A stretch of 64,000 nucleotides of DNA from Hydrolagus affinis (GCA_012026655.1 JAAILG010000281.1:1-64000); one strand, 5' to 3'; shown: positions 10,341-24,171, counted from the first letter of the stretch. Notes: a model not told the origin generated them from the letters alone. Program-made: numbers and translations.

Positions 10341-13300
10341 TTTTTAAAATGAATATATCATTGAGATTGTACCCTGCTGAAATAATCACATGTTTAAACA
10401 CCCAGATGAGGGGCTTTTTTTCATTGTGCTATTAAAATTTTTTAGTTTATAACTAAAGAAAAAAAATGCTCTGTGAACTGGGCTCATTTCTCCAAAATGG
10501 TGGTCATAATATCAATGCAAAATACAAGAAGAGAAACTGAACACAGATTGGGTTAATTGGCAATCATAGAACACTGCATCATACACTAATTAAGTACAGA
10601 AAGTCGTTTCTGTCATAAATATGTTTTATCCTCGGCAATTTTGGTTTTTATTTCTAGCCAGTAATGGAAACTGGCACCTTTGACTTTTTGTAATATGACA
10701 AGTTAAATGATTTAAATGAGCAATTATCTGAGAGTCTGTCCTAATGTCTGCTGTGATACATTCACAGTGTTAATGTGACCTGCCAGTGTTAAGGAATAAA
10801 AGGACTTTTGCAGAATGCTACCTCCCAAGCATGCTACTTTCAAGGACACCAACAGAGATCAAGCGTTGATATAATTAAACGAATCATTAGGATTACAACA
10901 AGGGATCCATTTAAAAGACAAAAGTTGCTAATGGTTGTGGTTACAGTAAGTTAAGCTATTTATTCAGTGTTACTTGTAGTTAACAGGTATCAGAGAATGT
11001 ATTAAAATGCATTCAAAGCTGACATGAGCAAGGTGGGTTACTACACTGAAATTCATATGGGTGGGGGGAGGGGGTGGGGTGTGAGTGAAAGGGGATATCT
11101 AGTAAACAGTATAGTTATATACTGTAGTTTGATAACTTTTGATCCAAATTCAAAATTCCTTGGATGGAGAAACACATTACCACAATCTCATTCATGATGT
11201 TGGAGAAGGAACATTCCTTTGAGGTGCCAATAACACTGCTCTTAAAGCTGGTAGGACGGTATTGTCTGTATGGGTCCATAGTAATTGTCTATTGCAGTGG
11301 CCTCTGTTGTGCAATCACCTAACAGGAACACCGCTTGCTCTATTGCTCTACGTGCCTATAATCATCTTGTCATTCTGTCTGACTGCTTTGTGATCGAAAC
11401 TGGTGGGATTCATTCATACTATTTCTCGATGGGAATTCTTAACACAGAATTGAATAGATGCAAATGCAAATGGGGCTAACTTCTAGTACATCATCCTGAA
11501 CCATAGAAACTCTGTTTTGAAGTACTCTACTCCTGGAGCAGAGATCCTGTTGGTCAAAGGAAATCCTAGAGGAATGTTGTCAAGAAATACAGCAACTTAG
11601 AGGTCTTTCACTGATACCCTTTGCTATATATTAGAGTAGATAAGTTGGAGATGTTTGGGGTTTGACTGTAAAAAAAAAAGTGTATTTTTTTTCCAGTACC
11701 TTGTTACTGCAATTATGTAAAGAGGATGTCAAGCATGGCTTCATTCCATTATCTTGAAACAGCCAAGGTTAGTATCAATAAATGAATATTGTTAAATACA
11801 AAGTAATAATGGATTTAATGCCCTCAAAGCAATTTTAATTTGAATAATATTACCACATTGGAAAGAAAATGACGCGGTGACAAAACTATTTCAGATATAA
11901 GCTTTGACCTATTTTTGTCTGGATCAATCTTGGAGTTTTATAAAAGTTTATTTCAAGGGTAAAAGATGTTACATTTGTAACATTTTGATTAAATATTTGG
12001 CCAGTTTTGTGTCGAACTACTGGTCCTGGAAGCTTTAACTCTTGGTCCATACATTTCCATCCTGTGAGCTTCTCAGGGATCTAACAGGCCCTGACTGGCT
12101 GATCACAGTTCTCCAGCATGTGAACTTCATTAGAAGCTTATGATCCTGAGCCTGGCTGTTTACTGTAATTGAACTTCAACTTGTTTCATCAATCTATTAG
12201 CCAGCAATGCGCAATCTATTAGCTGTAGTTATGATGAAGGGTTGTCATGGCAAACAGGATTTCATTATAAAACATTGTAATGAATTTATATTTGACTATT
12301 TTTTGATTTTTTTTAAACAAGTATATTGTTGCTCATTACACCCAAATTATAGCTTTGAGTTATTGGGATTGGAAAGAGTTAAGTTATACCTGCAAATCCT
12401 TGAATAATATAACTGCTTGACCAGAAAGTAAATAACAGTCCCTGTGCATTTTTGCAAACAAAGGGAGAGACGTGATGGGAGTGACAATATTCACTAACAT
12501 TTAGTTCACTTGTACAAATAGCAATTGTGATGTATAAATTGCTGTTATAATTGCTTTCCTTTTAATAATATTTGTTGCAGTTTTGAATGAGAGTTTCTTT
12601 GAAATAAGATATTGATCAGATGTTTTCCAGCAGATATTTAACATGGAAAATCATAAGACAGCTGCAATTGGGGTACTGGTTTATTTATGCCAAGAATGTA
12701 TATTTAGAAGCTAGAGAATGATAAAGGTCATATTCCGTGATTATTTTTCATATGGTTTTCTTTTGGGATATTGAAATATTATTTTGATATCTTGCAATAG
12801 TAAAATATATCATTCTTAACTATGGTTCCAAATTAATTCATTTATGGGAGATTATTGTTCAGTAGGATTGTGGTTTTAAAGCACTTAAAATTCTCAATTT
12901 TTTTATAACCACTTTAATTTGATTATTTAATGCAAAAACTATAAAACCAGATGCCTCAAATGAACAACTCTGGTTTGCCTTAATTGCACTACTGGAGAAA
13001 TATAAATGTAAAAATATTTTTTTGGCTACCACATACTGTAGCAGTTTAAGAGCTCAGTAAATGTTAATATTCACTTCTGGAACATTTCTCGACACAGTAT
13101 GATGTCTGTATTTTACTATTATTCTCTCTTGAGGTACAGTATAAATCTAACATGCTATAAAGGTACAACCTAATGTAACAGGCTGCTTCTGGTGTGTAAG
13201 CCTGGGTGAATTACAACTTTCAGGATCTTATGTGAGATATCACTAATGTAATCCAGGTTTAAAGAATAGGTTGTGAAATGCCAATGATTTTTATAACTTA

Positions 13301-13360
13301 GTTTAATGGAGTCGTTGCACTTTGGATAAACACGATGGCGAGTGAAAGATTGGAATTATA

Positions 13361-13455
13361 CAACAATAACTTGCGTTTTTACAGCACCCTTCACATGGGG
13401 TAGGGTCTTGGAGAGCTGAACAATGCCAAGTTTGTCGCCGAGCCAGAGTAGGGTA
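13361..13455 (-). mobile_element. L2 3' tail (subfamily B), decayed
   Basis: CAACAATAACTTGCGTTTTTACAGCACCCTTCAC..GAGAGCT..ACAATG..GCCGAGCCAG aligns to 30018-30110. Confidence 0.6.
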
Positions 13456-16400
13456 ATTCTAACTCAACGAGCAGTGGGAAACTGTTTAGCTGATAAAATT
13501 ACAGCACTACCCATTACGTGCTCTGGGGTCCCAGATCCTTAACTTTTCCTGACCTGCTTCTAAACATTCTGAGATTAGGTGAGCAGGGTGCATTGCTCCA
13601 GGGAAATTGCCATGTATGTGTAGAATTCTCAGTAGTTTAGCTTACATACTCTTGAGTATGGTGATACTTTTTCTGGATCTGTACAGAAACATATCACCAT
13701 ATGGTAGATTCAGATGAATCTTTCCATTCTGCTCAACCTTACGTTCAGCATCATGCACATGTGAATATAATGCTAATGCTCTAAATCTCTCTCGAAAGAT
13801 GATCCCAATAACCTGAAGACGTGGATGTTTTAGTGTTTCTAGGTGAGGAAATGATTTATGTACATGGAATCAGGCCTTAATGGATATCTCTGAAAGTCCA
13901 GGTAAAAATGGAGTAGTCAACCATGTCTTTGGCTCACTGGCTTATTCATACTTTGATTTATCAGTTGTACTTTCCATTAATTATAATTTTCGTCATATTT
14001 ATTTAAGCAGCAAAGCTATATTTAAGTGTTACAGGATTTCTATAAGGTCAGCAATCTCTATGTGTTAATATTCCGACTGTGCCAATTTATGACAACTATG
14101 TGCAGTTAACTGGTACACTTGAAAACATAACATGCACTGGAAATTAGAACACCAGAATGTCATCAGAGCATAATTATTAGCTGAAATGTTCATGTCCTGT
14201 CATTTCAAAACCTAACAATGTGTTACTTGATAATAATAACAACAAATTGTCATATGATAAGAGTAATAAGACTTAAACTTTTCTTCTTTTCCCCTTTGTT
14301 TTGTCACAAGGCATTATAATTAGTTGCTTTATACTTAAATATGAATCATTGGGGGAAATGAGTGGAAAAGAACCAACTGTTTAAAACTGCAATAATTTAC
14401 TTGCACTTGGCCCAAACAGGTCAATTTTAGACTATTCACTTGTTTCACAAATATTATTATGTTCCTTGAATACCATAAGGTTTTTTTTTTACATTTTCAG
14501 CTCAGTACGAAAAATAAATGTTACAGATAATGCAGGTCTTTGTTTCTACAGTCTACAAAAGTTTATCAACACAAATTTTTTTTGTCTAAATATGATTTCA
14601 AATGCAAAGAAAACTGATGCAGGCATAGAGAGCACAGCCACAAGAAAAGGAGATTCATTTTGGACACATTTTAAATCTAACCCAAACAGAAAATTTCACA
14701 ATAAAAATAAAAATATAACAACCATTTAATTGAATTTAATTTGGAATTGTGTTGGTTCTTTAAAATGGTTGTTTCATGCCAACTATCAGTCTAATATATA
14801 GATAGAAGAAACTCTTCATTTTATATCAAATGTGCTTCTTTTAAAGTAACACTGAAACTAAACTACGCAAACTAAACAGAGATTTTTCATTCATTGCAAA
14901 CCGTGAGGTTCATTGGTGGCCTTGATGCCCTGTCACCTCTAAATACTTTCTTTCTAGGTTTCTTTCTCTTGTACCACATAGTTCAGCTTTCATTCGATGC
15001 AGTTTATGGATCATTTGAGCTGGACAATGAATCTGCAACAGTTTCTAGTCACACAGAGCCTCTCACAGTGGTCAGCAACATGAGAATGGCATGCCGTTTG
15101 GGTCAGTGTCAGTGTCATTTTTACTGACACAAATGTACAAGGGTGGGAGCTGAAATAGAAGATTGTGCACTTTCCCATGCTCTGACATCAGAACCATGAA
15201 AGGGAAGCCACTGACATAATTTGTTGTACTTTGGGAATGCAATGATTTTGTATAAATCAAAAGCATTTGCTATAGGTAAGAAAAGCCTCACCCATTGATT
15301 GTGGAAGGAATGCGATGGTTAAGATGCTTGCCTTAAGTAGCTAGGGATTTGATTACAAGTAATGGTTGACACTTTAACTCCCTCATTAATACATAGCGAT
15401 TTGAAGTTGTCCTTTACTACCAAGTGCTCCATGCTACTGAAAAACATGCTTCTTTCAGCTTGCCCAGAATATGTGCTTTTCTGTGAAGGAATATGATTGC
15501 TATCCAAAGTTACAAATGCAGCCTAGAAACATTCTCCCTGTCGCAGGAAAGATAGCCCTCTAAACAGAAGGTGGAAATAAATAGTAACTACATATTGCTC
15601 AAATATCTGTGATTATAAATACCAAGTAAAATCAGCCTTCAAAATAAATTGTAAAACCATTTCTATGCAAGTATTTGCCAATGCTCTTTTACTTTAAAAA
15701 GTGCTGCACATATTAGAAGCTCATTCTTAAGGAAGCTGTGAAGGAGGTAGGCATAACTAATTGTACTTTTAATTAGAGTTTAGCAAATTTAATTTGTAAC
15801 ACAATGACATTTAACTTGATCTCCAATTTTCAAATTCATAAAGTTGAATTCCCCCAAGTACAGGTTAATGCCATTGTTGCTCCAGATTCTTTAGTTAGAG
15901 ATAAAATTCCAATTCAGAAACTATAGAATAAGATGTTTAATGTATATGTTCAGGTGATGCTAACCTTGTCCAATAGGATTTAAAAAAAATCAGTTCTGAT
16001 TCAATCTGAAATTCCAAATTAATCTGAATTCTAAATAGATGAGTATCGTTTTTTCTTTCCACATGTAATTCTAATTCTAAATTGAAGGCATTATGAAAAT
16101 ATAATATCTAGGTATCTATGTAATACTGTTTCTTTAGAAGAATCATGAATACTTAAGAATTAAATTAATTAGAGAAACACCACAATTAAGTTATAAAGTG
16201 AAAACATTGCAATATTCTGCCTAAAAATACCCAAAGTAAAAATTAATATTTCAATTATTTTGGTTGAAACTCATCCACACACCTATTTCATTTCCGCATG
16301 ATAAGTACACAGTTTTGAAATTAATATGTAATGGAACTTTCTATCATATGGAGAATCTGGGCAATTTAGTTAATGATCATACTCACCGTCATATTAAGAA

Positions 16401-19400
16401 GCAACATTTTACTGATCTTAAATAAAGACAATAAATACAATTATTTGCTGTATATAGCTTTTGACATTGTTCTTCTTTATAACCACATAAGAAAGTTAAT
16501 TTATGAGAAGACATTATAACTTAACCAACCACTTATATCCTGCCTTAATAAATCTTATCTGATGCTGCAATATTTCAGAACTGCTATGTTTTTCATCGAA
16601 GCTGGGAAAACTATTTTTCTGCCAGACCACAAGAATAATGAGAGCCACATTATGCCATGTGGCCATGTAAAAGCCCAATAGCTCCATGGTTACAGCCAAG
16701 ATGCAAGGCATCAGTTTCAGTCACGCAAACAAGTGTGGATCTTTTAAATCTTTAATAAATTATTGTTTTGGTATATGAATTGTAAAGTATAAAGAGACTA
16801 GCTCTAAGAAATATAATAATGTATCTGTTTACATAATAGAACTGTACTGTACCTTGTTTGCACTTGTTAATAAAGATTTAAGGAAACTGCTGTGCACATA
16901 GATTGTTAAATCTCCTTTTTGACAGCAATTTTAAGAAATTACAAAATACATGCATTGAAGTTAAGTTTACAAAGCAGTATTTTCTGAGAGCAAATGTATT
17001 CTGTTCACGCTCCGTTAGTAACAACCAACCAAATTAGCAATAAAATATTTAACTACAAGTGTGTTGGCAGAAGCTTGTGATGTTTTAATAATTCATGCTA
17101 GGAATGCCATCAACAAAAAATATAGGAAGAGGCTAACTATTTCATTCCGTATCACCATTGGTTCTATAGTGATTTAATTGCCTCAGGGAATAGCGAAGGG
17201 TAAATAGTTTAACTAAATATATGTTATATAGATATATAATGCATATATAATGTCTGTTCTCTATTACTCATTGTGCATTCATGGGTATGGTTTGCTGGAG
17301 TTTCTGGGAACTTGTTTGTTTTTCATTTATCAATCGATTTCAGTTGAAAATCAGAAAGATCAATAGTCAGTTTTGGTAATCAGATGAATTTCACAGTGAT
17401 ACCGTAATAACATAAACTGGTGCATATATTTGGGGGTTTATTAGGTAATAACAGAGGATAATCAGTAAACTTAGGCATTCATTTTTGTCTCTGTACAATC
17501 ACACCGTAATTGTAACCAATGCAATGTTATTGGGGCAATTGCAAAAACTTTACTCCATCACCAAATAAGAGAATCCACGCTTAAGATTACTGTCAAGTGT
17601 TACAACTTAATAAGCTTAGATTTATATACGTGTCTGTCTGTTATTGCATATTTTAATTTTTCAGTGGAAAAGATCTAGGTCCAGTTTATTTTTTAAACAG
17701 AAAAGCCTGTTTTTCTCTCTTCTGGGATATTCTCAGTTAAATCAGTAAAAGCAGAAGATGTGAAAGCCTATAAATGTTCAATGAATTGATATATAGCTCT
17801 CAAAATATAATGAAACTGTTGCCATCAAGTATAAAAATATGTATGAAAAGTAATTTGCAATATTGGATCAATTCAGTCCGGTTCAGAAACAAAAACAGTT
17901 TATCCTTTTATACTGATTGAACAAAAAGGGTTAGTATCATAAGGGAAACATCTTTGGAAGTTGTTTATGTAAGTTTACATAACCTTAATAAATGGAAATC
18001 AATTTATTGGAAAAAATTTCACTCAAGTTTTACTTTTACTTTACGTTGCATTTTATAGTGTCCAAAATTTGGCAAATCATTGAATTCAACCTTTGAAAAA
18101 CAATTGTTTTATGTAAGCAAAAAAGCGCAAAAAACACTGCTTTAAAATGCAGGCTATATTTTAGAAATTGCCAAATTCTGGATGCTCTGAAGTGATACAT
18201 GTGTGGGATAAATTAAACCCCAGGTGGAATTTCTCCTCCTTTACCGGTCTTTCATTGAAGTAGAGTATATATAAGAGCTGTACTAAAGCACATTCACATC
18301 CCCTGGGAAGACATGCCATGGTCCAGTTAAGTCTCTGTGGTGACACTTGACCCATGAAATTCAATGGAAATAACAATTTTCTTTCTTGTAAACCAAGAAT
18401 TAAGTGCTATGAATACAAACTATGACTGAAATGAAACGGGATCTGAAATGTATCATTACCTAAGAAGCAAAAAAACTTTGAGCTCTTTAGAAATGGTGGG
18501 TGGGCTGAAAAATCATTTGTAGCATAAATCAGCAATATCACATGATAATTTGCAAATGTGAGGAATCCTTTCAATTTTACAAATTCAAAATCAATTCTGT
18601 GAAAAACTGTAACAACTTTTTGAGGAAACTTATGAGACAACAAGATACTGTAATAACAAGGGATAATTTGGAACCAGTGTTGAAACTGAGTCCAGCAATG
18701 TTGAAATTCAGGAGTTTGATGGATGTTCCTTAAGAAGAAATACAACAATAGATGAGAACTAGGATTTTGTTAACATCTCACCCTACTTATTCAGAATATT
18801 CGGTTATTTTCAATTGGTGGAGGAACTGTTTAAAGGATTGAAGGTGAAAATTACAGATCATGTAAATCAGCATTCTACAAGTTAGTAAAAAGTTAATTTT
18901 AGGAACGCTTGCACTTAACACGGCTGAACAATCCTGCCATTTCAGTTAACAACAATTAAACACAACACTACCAAATACAATACATGCTGGCAAGGTTAGC
19001 TTGATCTGCGAAAATCTTGCTGTGCCTTGTAGTATTTGTTTGATTGACAAGGCTTGCTGTTGTGGTGTTGTCTCTCACAGCAGGTTAGTTAACCCCATCT
19101 GTTCTAGGTTAAAACAGCAACATATAAACTTCCCCTTCAAGAATGCTATGCTCTGTCAAGTAAGTCCAATTTCAAAAAAGGTTCAGCATTGATTTTCTCA
19201 TTCATGCTGGAATGAGAATTATTGTCACATTTTCTGAATGTTTAGTAAAACCTTTTATGAGTTTTTAGTTACTGTATAAAAGAACCAAACTGTACAAAAC
19301 ATTTTGATTATTTTAAAAAATTACATTACTTTAGTTTTCCATTATTGCAGTGTTCTGTATAAAGGATATTGAAAATTAATCATCCAAAATTCATTCACCT

Positions 19401-19435
19401 TTACATAAACATTAAAAATGAGTATTCTATATTAT

Positions 19436-19949
19436 TCTGCAGCTCATGTAATCTCCCACACCAAGCTCTGCGACCACATCACTCCCACCCTTGCTCGGCT
19501 CCATTGGCTCCCCATCCCCCAGAGGATCGAATTCAAGATCTTCGTCCTCACTTTCAAGGCCATTCATGGCCTTGCTCCCCCTATCTCTCCGACCTGCTCT
19601 CCCCCTCTGAACCTGCCCGCCCCCTCCATTCAGCTCCATGTCCCCCGCCCGACCCACCCTACCATCGGTGAACGGGCTTTCAGCCTCTGTCCCCACATTC
19701 TGGAACTCCATCCCACGGTCCCTTCTCCTCGCTTCCTCCTAAGCCTCCTTCAATGCCGGTCTCAAGACCCTCCTCTTCAATCATGCCTTCTGCTGCCCTC
19801 CCAACCTCTCTCCTTCCCCTCCTAATTCTCTCTCACTACTCCCCCCTACCCTGCCCCTCTCCATTGCTTGGGTCCTGACCTGAATGTTCAGTGCTTTGGG
19901 ATGTCCTCACGACATGAAAGGCACTCTATAAATGTAATTTTGTTGTTGT
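19436..19949 (+). mobile_element. L2 LINE 3' end (ORF2 C-terminus, 3' UTR, tail), frameshifted
   Basis: SAAHVISHTKLCDHITPTLARLHWLPIPQRIEFKIFVLTFKAIHGLAP, then PYLSDLL and GERAFS in shifted frames, typical of the L2 ORF2 C-terminus. Ends in the stem-loop plus (TTG)n. Confidence 0.95.
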
Positions 19950-20083
19950 ATATTAAATGTTTGTCAATGTAAATTCAGTGATGATTTAAAGCAGCATTTT
20001 ACTACATAATTTTCCTTCTAATGCAATCGAACTGAACGCCAAGAGTTCCCTTGGTTCTGTCCATTCTGAGCTGAAGTATGCAC

Positions 20084-20140
20084 ACAACAACAAAATTACA
20101 TTTGTATAGCGCCTTTCATGTCCGGAGGCACTGGGATATC
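20084..20140 (-). mobile_element. L2 3' tail (subfamily A)
   Basis: ACAACAACAAAATTACATTTGTATAGCGCCTTTCATGTC. Confidence 0.8.
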
Positions 20141-21939
20141 CACACATGTAAGGTAGTTCAGGCATTGGGTATGTGAGGAACATCTCTTCATGAACTTCTC
20201 GTTATGTTATATATAGAATGCTTGAAGAATCTGGCCTCGAGTACCAAGGAGGATATTCTTGAGAACGGATTATTATGTAAAACAAATTAGTTCAATTGGG
20301 TTAATTAGATTTGCAATGTAATAGTCAGTTTCTCAAGGCACCTTCAGGTGCACAGATAACAATGTTAAACAATCAGAGCAGTTAATAGTGATTTTAATAA
20401 CCATGAATCTCTTTGCTCACGGATCCTTAATGTAGCCTTCAACATTGAGTCTTCATATATCCTAGTTTTTTTTCAAAGTCAACTTTAATGCGGTGTTACA
20501 GTAAACAGTTTATTTTGGTCATTTACTCTCACGGCTCATAAATTAATGCAGATATTATGCTGTGCTACAATGAGTAATGAGACGCTAGTGTTTTTAGGGA
20601 GAGTTCTAGATACTGTACTTAAATTTTTAATTTTAGAAATTCTCTGGATTGACCATTTGCATCATAATATCCAAAGGAGTTCTGGCAAACTATAATTGGA
20701 CATTTTGCTCTATGGTTATAAAGTATTTTCATGTGAATTCAATTATTGATCTGCTTAATTTGTAAAAGGATTATCACTCTATCTGAGTATTAAGGATAAT
20801 TAACAATTAACTCTGTTTTAACTATATTTTATGTGAAAAGGTTATTGCATTTTGGACTATTAATTTCCTGTACATAATATTAAAGAGTATTATATAATGG
20901 AAATCAATGAATAAGACAACTGTATTCCTAAATACATGGTCACACAAATTCATTGTAAGATGTACTCATTGTAACAGATATGATGGTTTCCAGTGATTTA
21001 AAAGATAGTTAGATCAGGAATTTCTGAAGAACAGTAAATGAATACTGAGTGCTAAAATTGGCAGAGAAAACACCAGAGCCCTTATAGTTAATGTTATGAT
21101 TCATTCTATAAGTTCAACTCAAAACTATCGTTTTTATCTACTTGATATTGTGTTAACATTTCATGAAACATTCCATGCAGTGATCCTGTAATATCGTAAG
21201 CTTTGGTACTGTGGATTTCTTCCTGTTTGATGCTGTAAAGAAGCAAAATTAGAGCATCAGATGCCAGACCTTTACTTGTAGTGTGGGAAAATTAGAAAAG
21301 CAAAATGTGTGGACAAGTTAGACACTCAGAATCTACTGGTAGATTACTGGTAGCCAGAAAAAAATGTTGGTCTGCAAGCAACAGTTGTATCGGTGCTGTG
21401 ATCTCTGATGGAATAAAAAAAACACTTCCTTTGGTTAGTCCTTTGGCCTCTCATTTACTTTATAGCATTACCACTGAGGTCAGAGCTGCCACAAACAGAG
21501 ATTCCGTGAGAAAGATGCATAAATCAGTTTCCCTACCCCAACTTCACATATCACATCCATTTCTTAAGCAGATTGCTGTGTGAATCAAATTGTGATAAGG
21601 TAGCATCAGTATAACATAAACATTGTCAGCTACTTTGCTTTGCTAATGTTTGGATTAGTGAAGGTGTAAAATATAACACCTTGATATGGTAAGGAAGTTT
21701 AATTGCCGCTAGACATCTTTCACACACTTTGAAACGCTCCACCAAAAATAAATTACATTGGAAACTTCAGCAGAATCGTTCTCACATGAAATGGTGGCAT
21801 CTGATAGCTGCTAGAAAAGGTTCCACCCAACCTTTAATTTTCACTATTTACAACAAAATAATTCTTGCACTTGGACTGTATCACAGTCCGAGACATCTTC
21901 CTCTCAAAGATTGAAAACATCTGCTTGGCTGTATTGGTC

Positions 21940-22030
21940 ACCCCACCTGATCTCACCCCCCCACCCCGGCTCTGAGACTCTGCCCTGCTACATAAGGAGG
22001 GCACTACATAAGAGCACGTTGTTGTTGTTG
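21940..22030 (+). mobile_element. L2 3' tail (subfamily B), decayed
   Basis: C-rich UTR, then CTCTGAGAC..GGAGGGCACTACATAA..(GTT)n. Confidence 0.6.
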
Positions 22031-22165
22031 TATTCGATATAGTGGTGAGATGTTCCCAAAGCACTTCACAGAATGTACTGTAAAGTGAATTGACTGTACG
22101 TTTTGTGAGCGAAGCGCGGCAGCGCAGCAGTATCCCACAAACGGTGAATTGAGTGACCAAATTAA
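22031..22165 (-). mobile_element. Young DeuSINE 3' half
   Basis: CAAAGCACTTCACAGAATGTACTGTAAAGTGAATTGACTGTA..GCGGCAGC..CCCACAAAC. Confidence 0.85.
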
Positions 22166-22488
22166 TATTATTTCTTGTTCGGCCTTATCAGATAAGTATC
22201 TCCTGCTCAGCTTTTAAAAATATAAGCTTAGGTTCTTCTGGTAAGTCTTCTGATGTTTAATCTTGAAATGCTTCCACTTCAGTGCTGAGATATAACATGA
22301 AATTGATGACAATATCCAGTCTACCCCTCACTAGCATATTTATGCTTCATATGATTTTTTTTGCCTACTACATATGCTACACTAGAATTATCCTTTAAAA
22401 TAGTCATAAATCAAATCAAGATCTTGACGGCTGAGAATAACTGAAACCACATTGAAGTTTTGGCATGTTTTATAGATAATTCATTTGG

Positions 22489-22551
22489 CAGTCCCCAGGA
22501 TCTCCTCCCGACGTGAAAGGCACTCTATAAATGTAATTTTGTTGTTGTTGT
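22489..22551 (+). mobile_element. L2 3' tail (subfamily A)
   Basis: TCCTCCCGACGTGAAAGGCACTCTATAAATGTAATTT(TGT)n. Confidence 0.85.
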
Positions 22552-22741
22552 GTGGTAGAATAATTGGTAAAAAGTTAAGTTCATTTTAGGGGAGGCTATG
22601 TAATGAATTTGGGATTCTTAAATAGATTAGAAATGTAAGCATTTTCTATGTTTATGTGATTCAAGAAAATGTTGGGTTTGTTTTATTCCTCTGAATCATT
22701 GCACTTCTTCAAACACATAACATTAGTAGCTCCATTGAAAT

Positions 22742-22818
22742 ATGATGATAATAATAATAATAATCCTTGCATTGGATAAAGTGCCATATCACATATTCAA
22801 AGAGCTTTACAGAATATG
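22742..22818 (-). mobile_element. DeuSINE 3' tail
   Basis: (ATA)nATCCTTGCATTGGATA..CAAAGAGCTTTACAGAATAT. Confidence 0.7.
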
Positions 22819-24100
22819 TATTAACCTGAATATTTTTATTTTTACATCAAACATATTGAAGAAATTCCACCCCCCCCCAAGTTATTTTCTTTTGCAGATT
22901 AGCTTTATACATTTTCAAAATAAGTTAACCCCCATCTCACTTTCCCACACTCCCCCTTTCCCTTGGTAACCTTGATGATGAGAAGCATAGAGTTGCAACT
23001 TATAGACTGGGAGCTCCCTTGTTTGAATTCCTCTCAGTGCTGAGTTTACTGGTCTATACCAAATGCAAAGATTGTTATCATTATTATTGAAAATGACATG
23101 TATAAATTATACTGTTGGAATTAATTGGAGTAGAAAGGAAGCTGTGTATTCCCAATTCAATAATTACCCCCCATAGATGTTCCCCCTGTCCCTAATGGTG
23201 CTTTGTTTGGTAATGTTACAGACTCGGGAGAGTGGCCAACCTTTAAACATTTTCAAACGCTTAAATATCTTTCCCATTCTTGTGTAGTGGACAATCCAAG
23301 AAAGGTAAAGCTATTTGGAATCAAAGCAATGTTAAATCAATACTAATGGAAGAATAGGGTGTTGTATGATTATTTTATTCTGGAATCTGGATCTAGTTCA
23401 AACCTAGATTCATTAACCAAGCTATCAGACAATCTCTTGAGGAGAGAAACCTCTGTGGTGTGCTTTTCAAACATTATTATATCTGACGAAAATGCTAAAG
23501 TCCTCATAAATAGAAATCCTTATTTATGTGTGTTTAACTGTGCCTCTGAAATTGTGATATTGCTCAAGCTATCTTGTGAATGATTATTTTTCTTCGAAGG
23601 ATGTTTAAATCAAAATGTGTTTTTTTAGGTTTGTAATTTTTCTAATGATTGGAATTCAGTTCTTTCGTTGATTGTCCTCTTCAATCTCTACACTTTCTAC
23701 AGGAAATGCATTCAGGCATTTGACCAAACACCCAACCAATGTCAATTTAAATTAGCTGCGAGCAAGTGTGCAGCAACAACCTGAACCTCCAATACACACA
23801 CCCTAAACTATCTGATAAGAATAGATTGATGGTGCAACTCACAGATATTATTCAGCATCAACAATCACATTATCAGTTCAATGGCGTAATATAAAAAGAA
23901 ATCAGAATGTTTTTCAAAATCAGATCTGCCGAATTAAATTAAAATCTGCTGACTTTCCTGTTCTATATCATGGTTAAAATCCAATTCACTAGCATTTTTA
24001 CATTGGAATAATAAAGTATCTGTGTTACCTATATGTGAGATAACTAGCAATGTACAATATTTGGATTGAATCTTTCTCGCATTCTATTCCTTTTCTGCAG

Positions 24101-24105
24101 AGGCG
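24101..24105 (+). other. Candidate 5-nt microexon AGGCG (or 3-nt GCG using the next AG)
   Basis: TCTTTCTCGCATTCTATTCCTTTTCTGCAG|AGGCG|GTGAGT: long pyrimidine tract, about 50 nt free of AG, and a consensus donor. Host gene unknown. Confidence 0.4.
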
Positions 24106-24171
24106 GTGAGTCTTGCGATGTTATGGCTCTTCAATCTGATCCCAGTTGATAATTTCAGAGGGTAATAATAG

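Noticed and set aside
19418-19825. 135-aa ORF and overlapping ORFs
   Set aside because: Frameshifted L2 ORF2 C-terminus, not a host gene.
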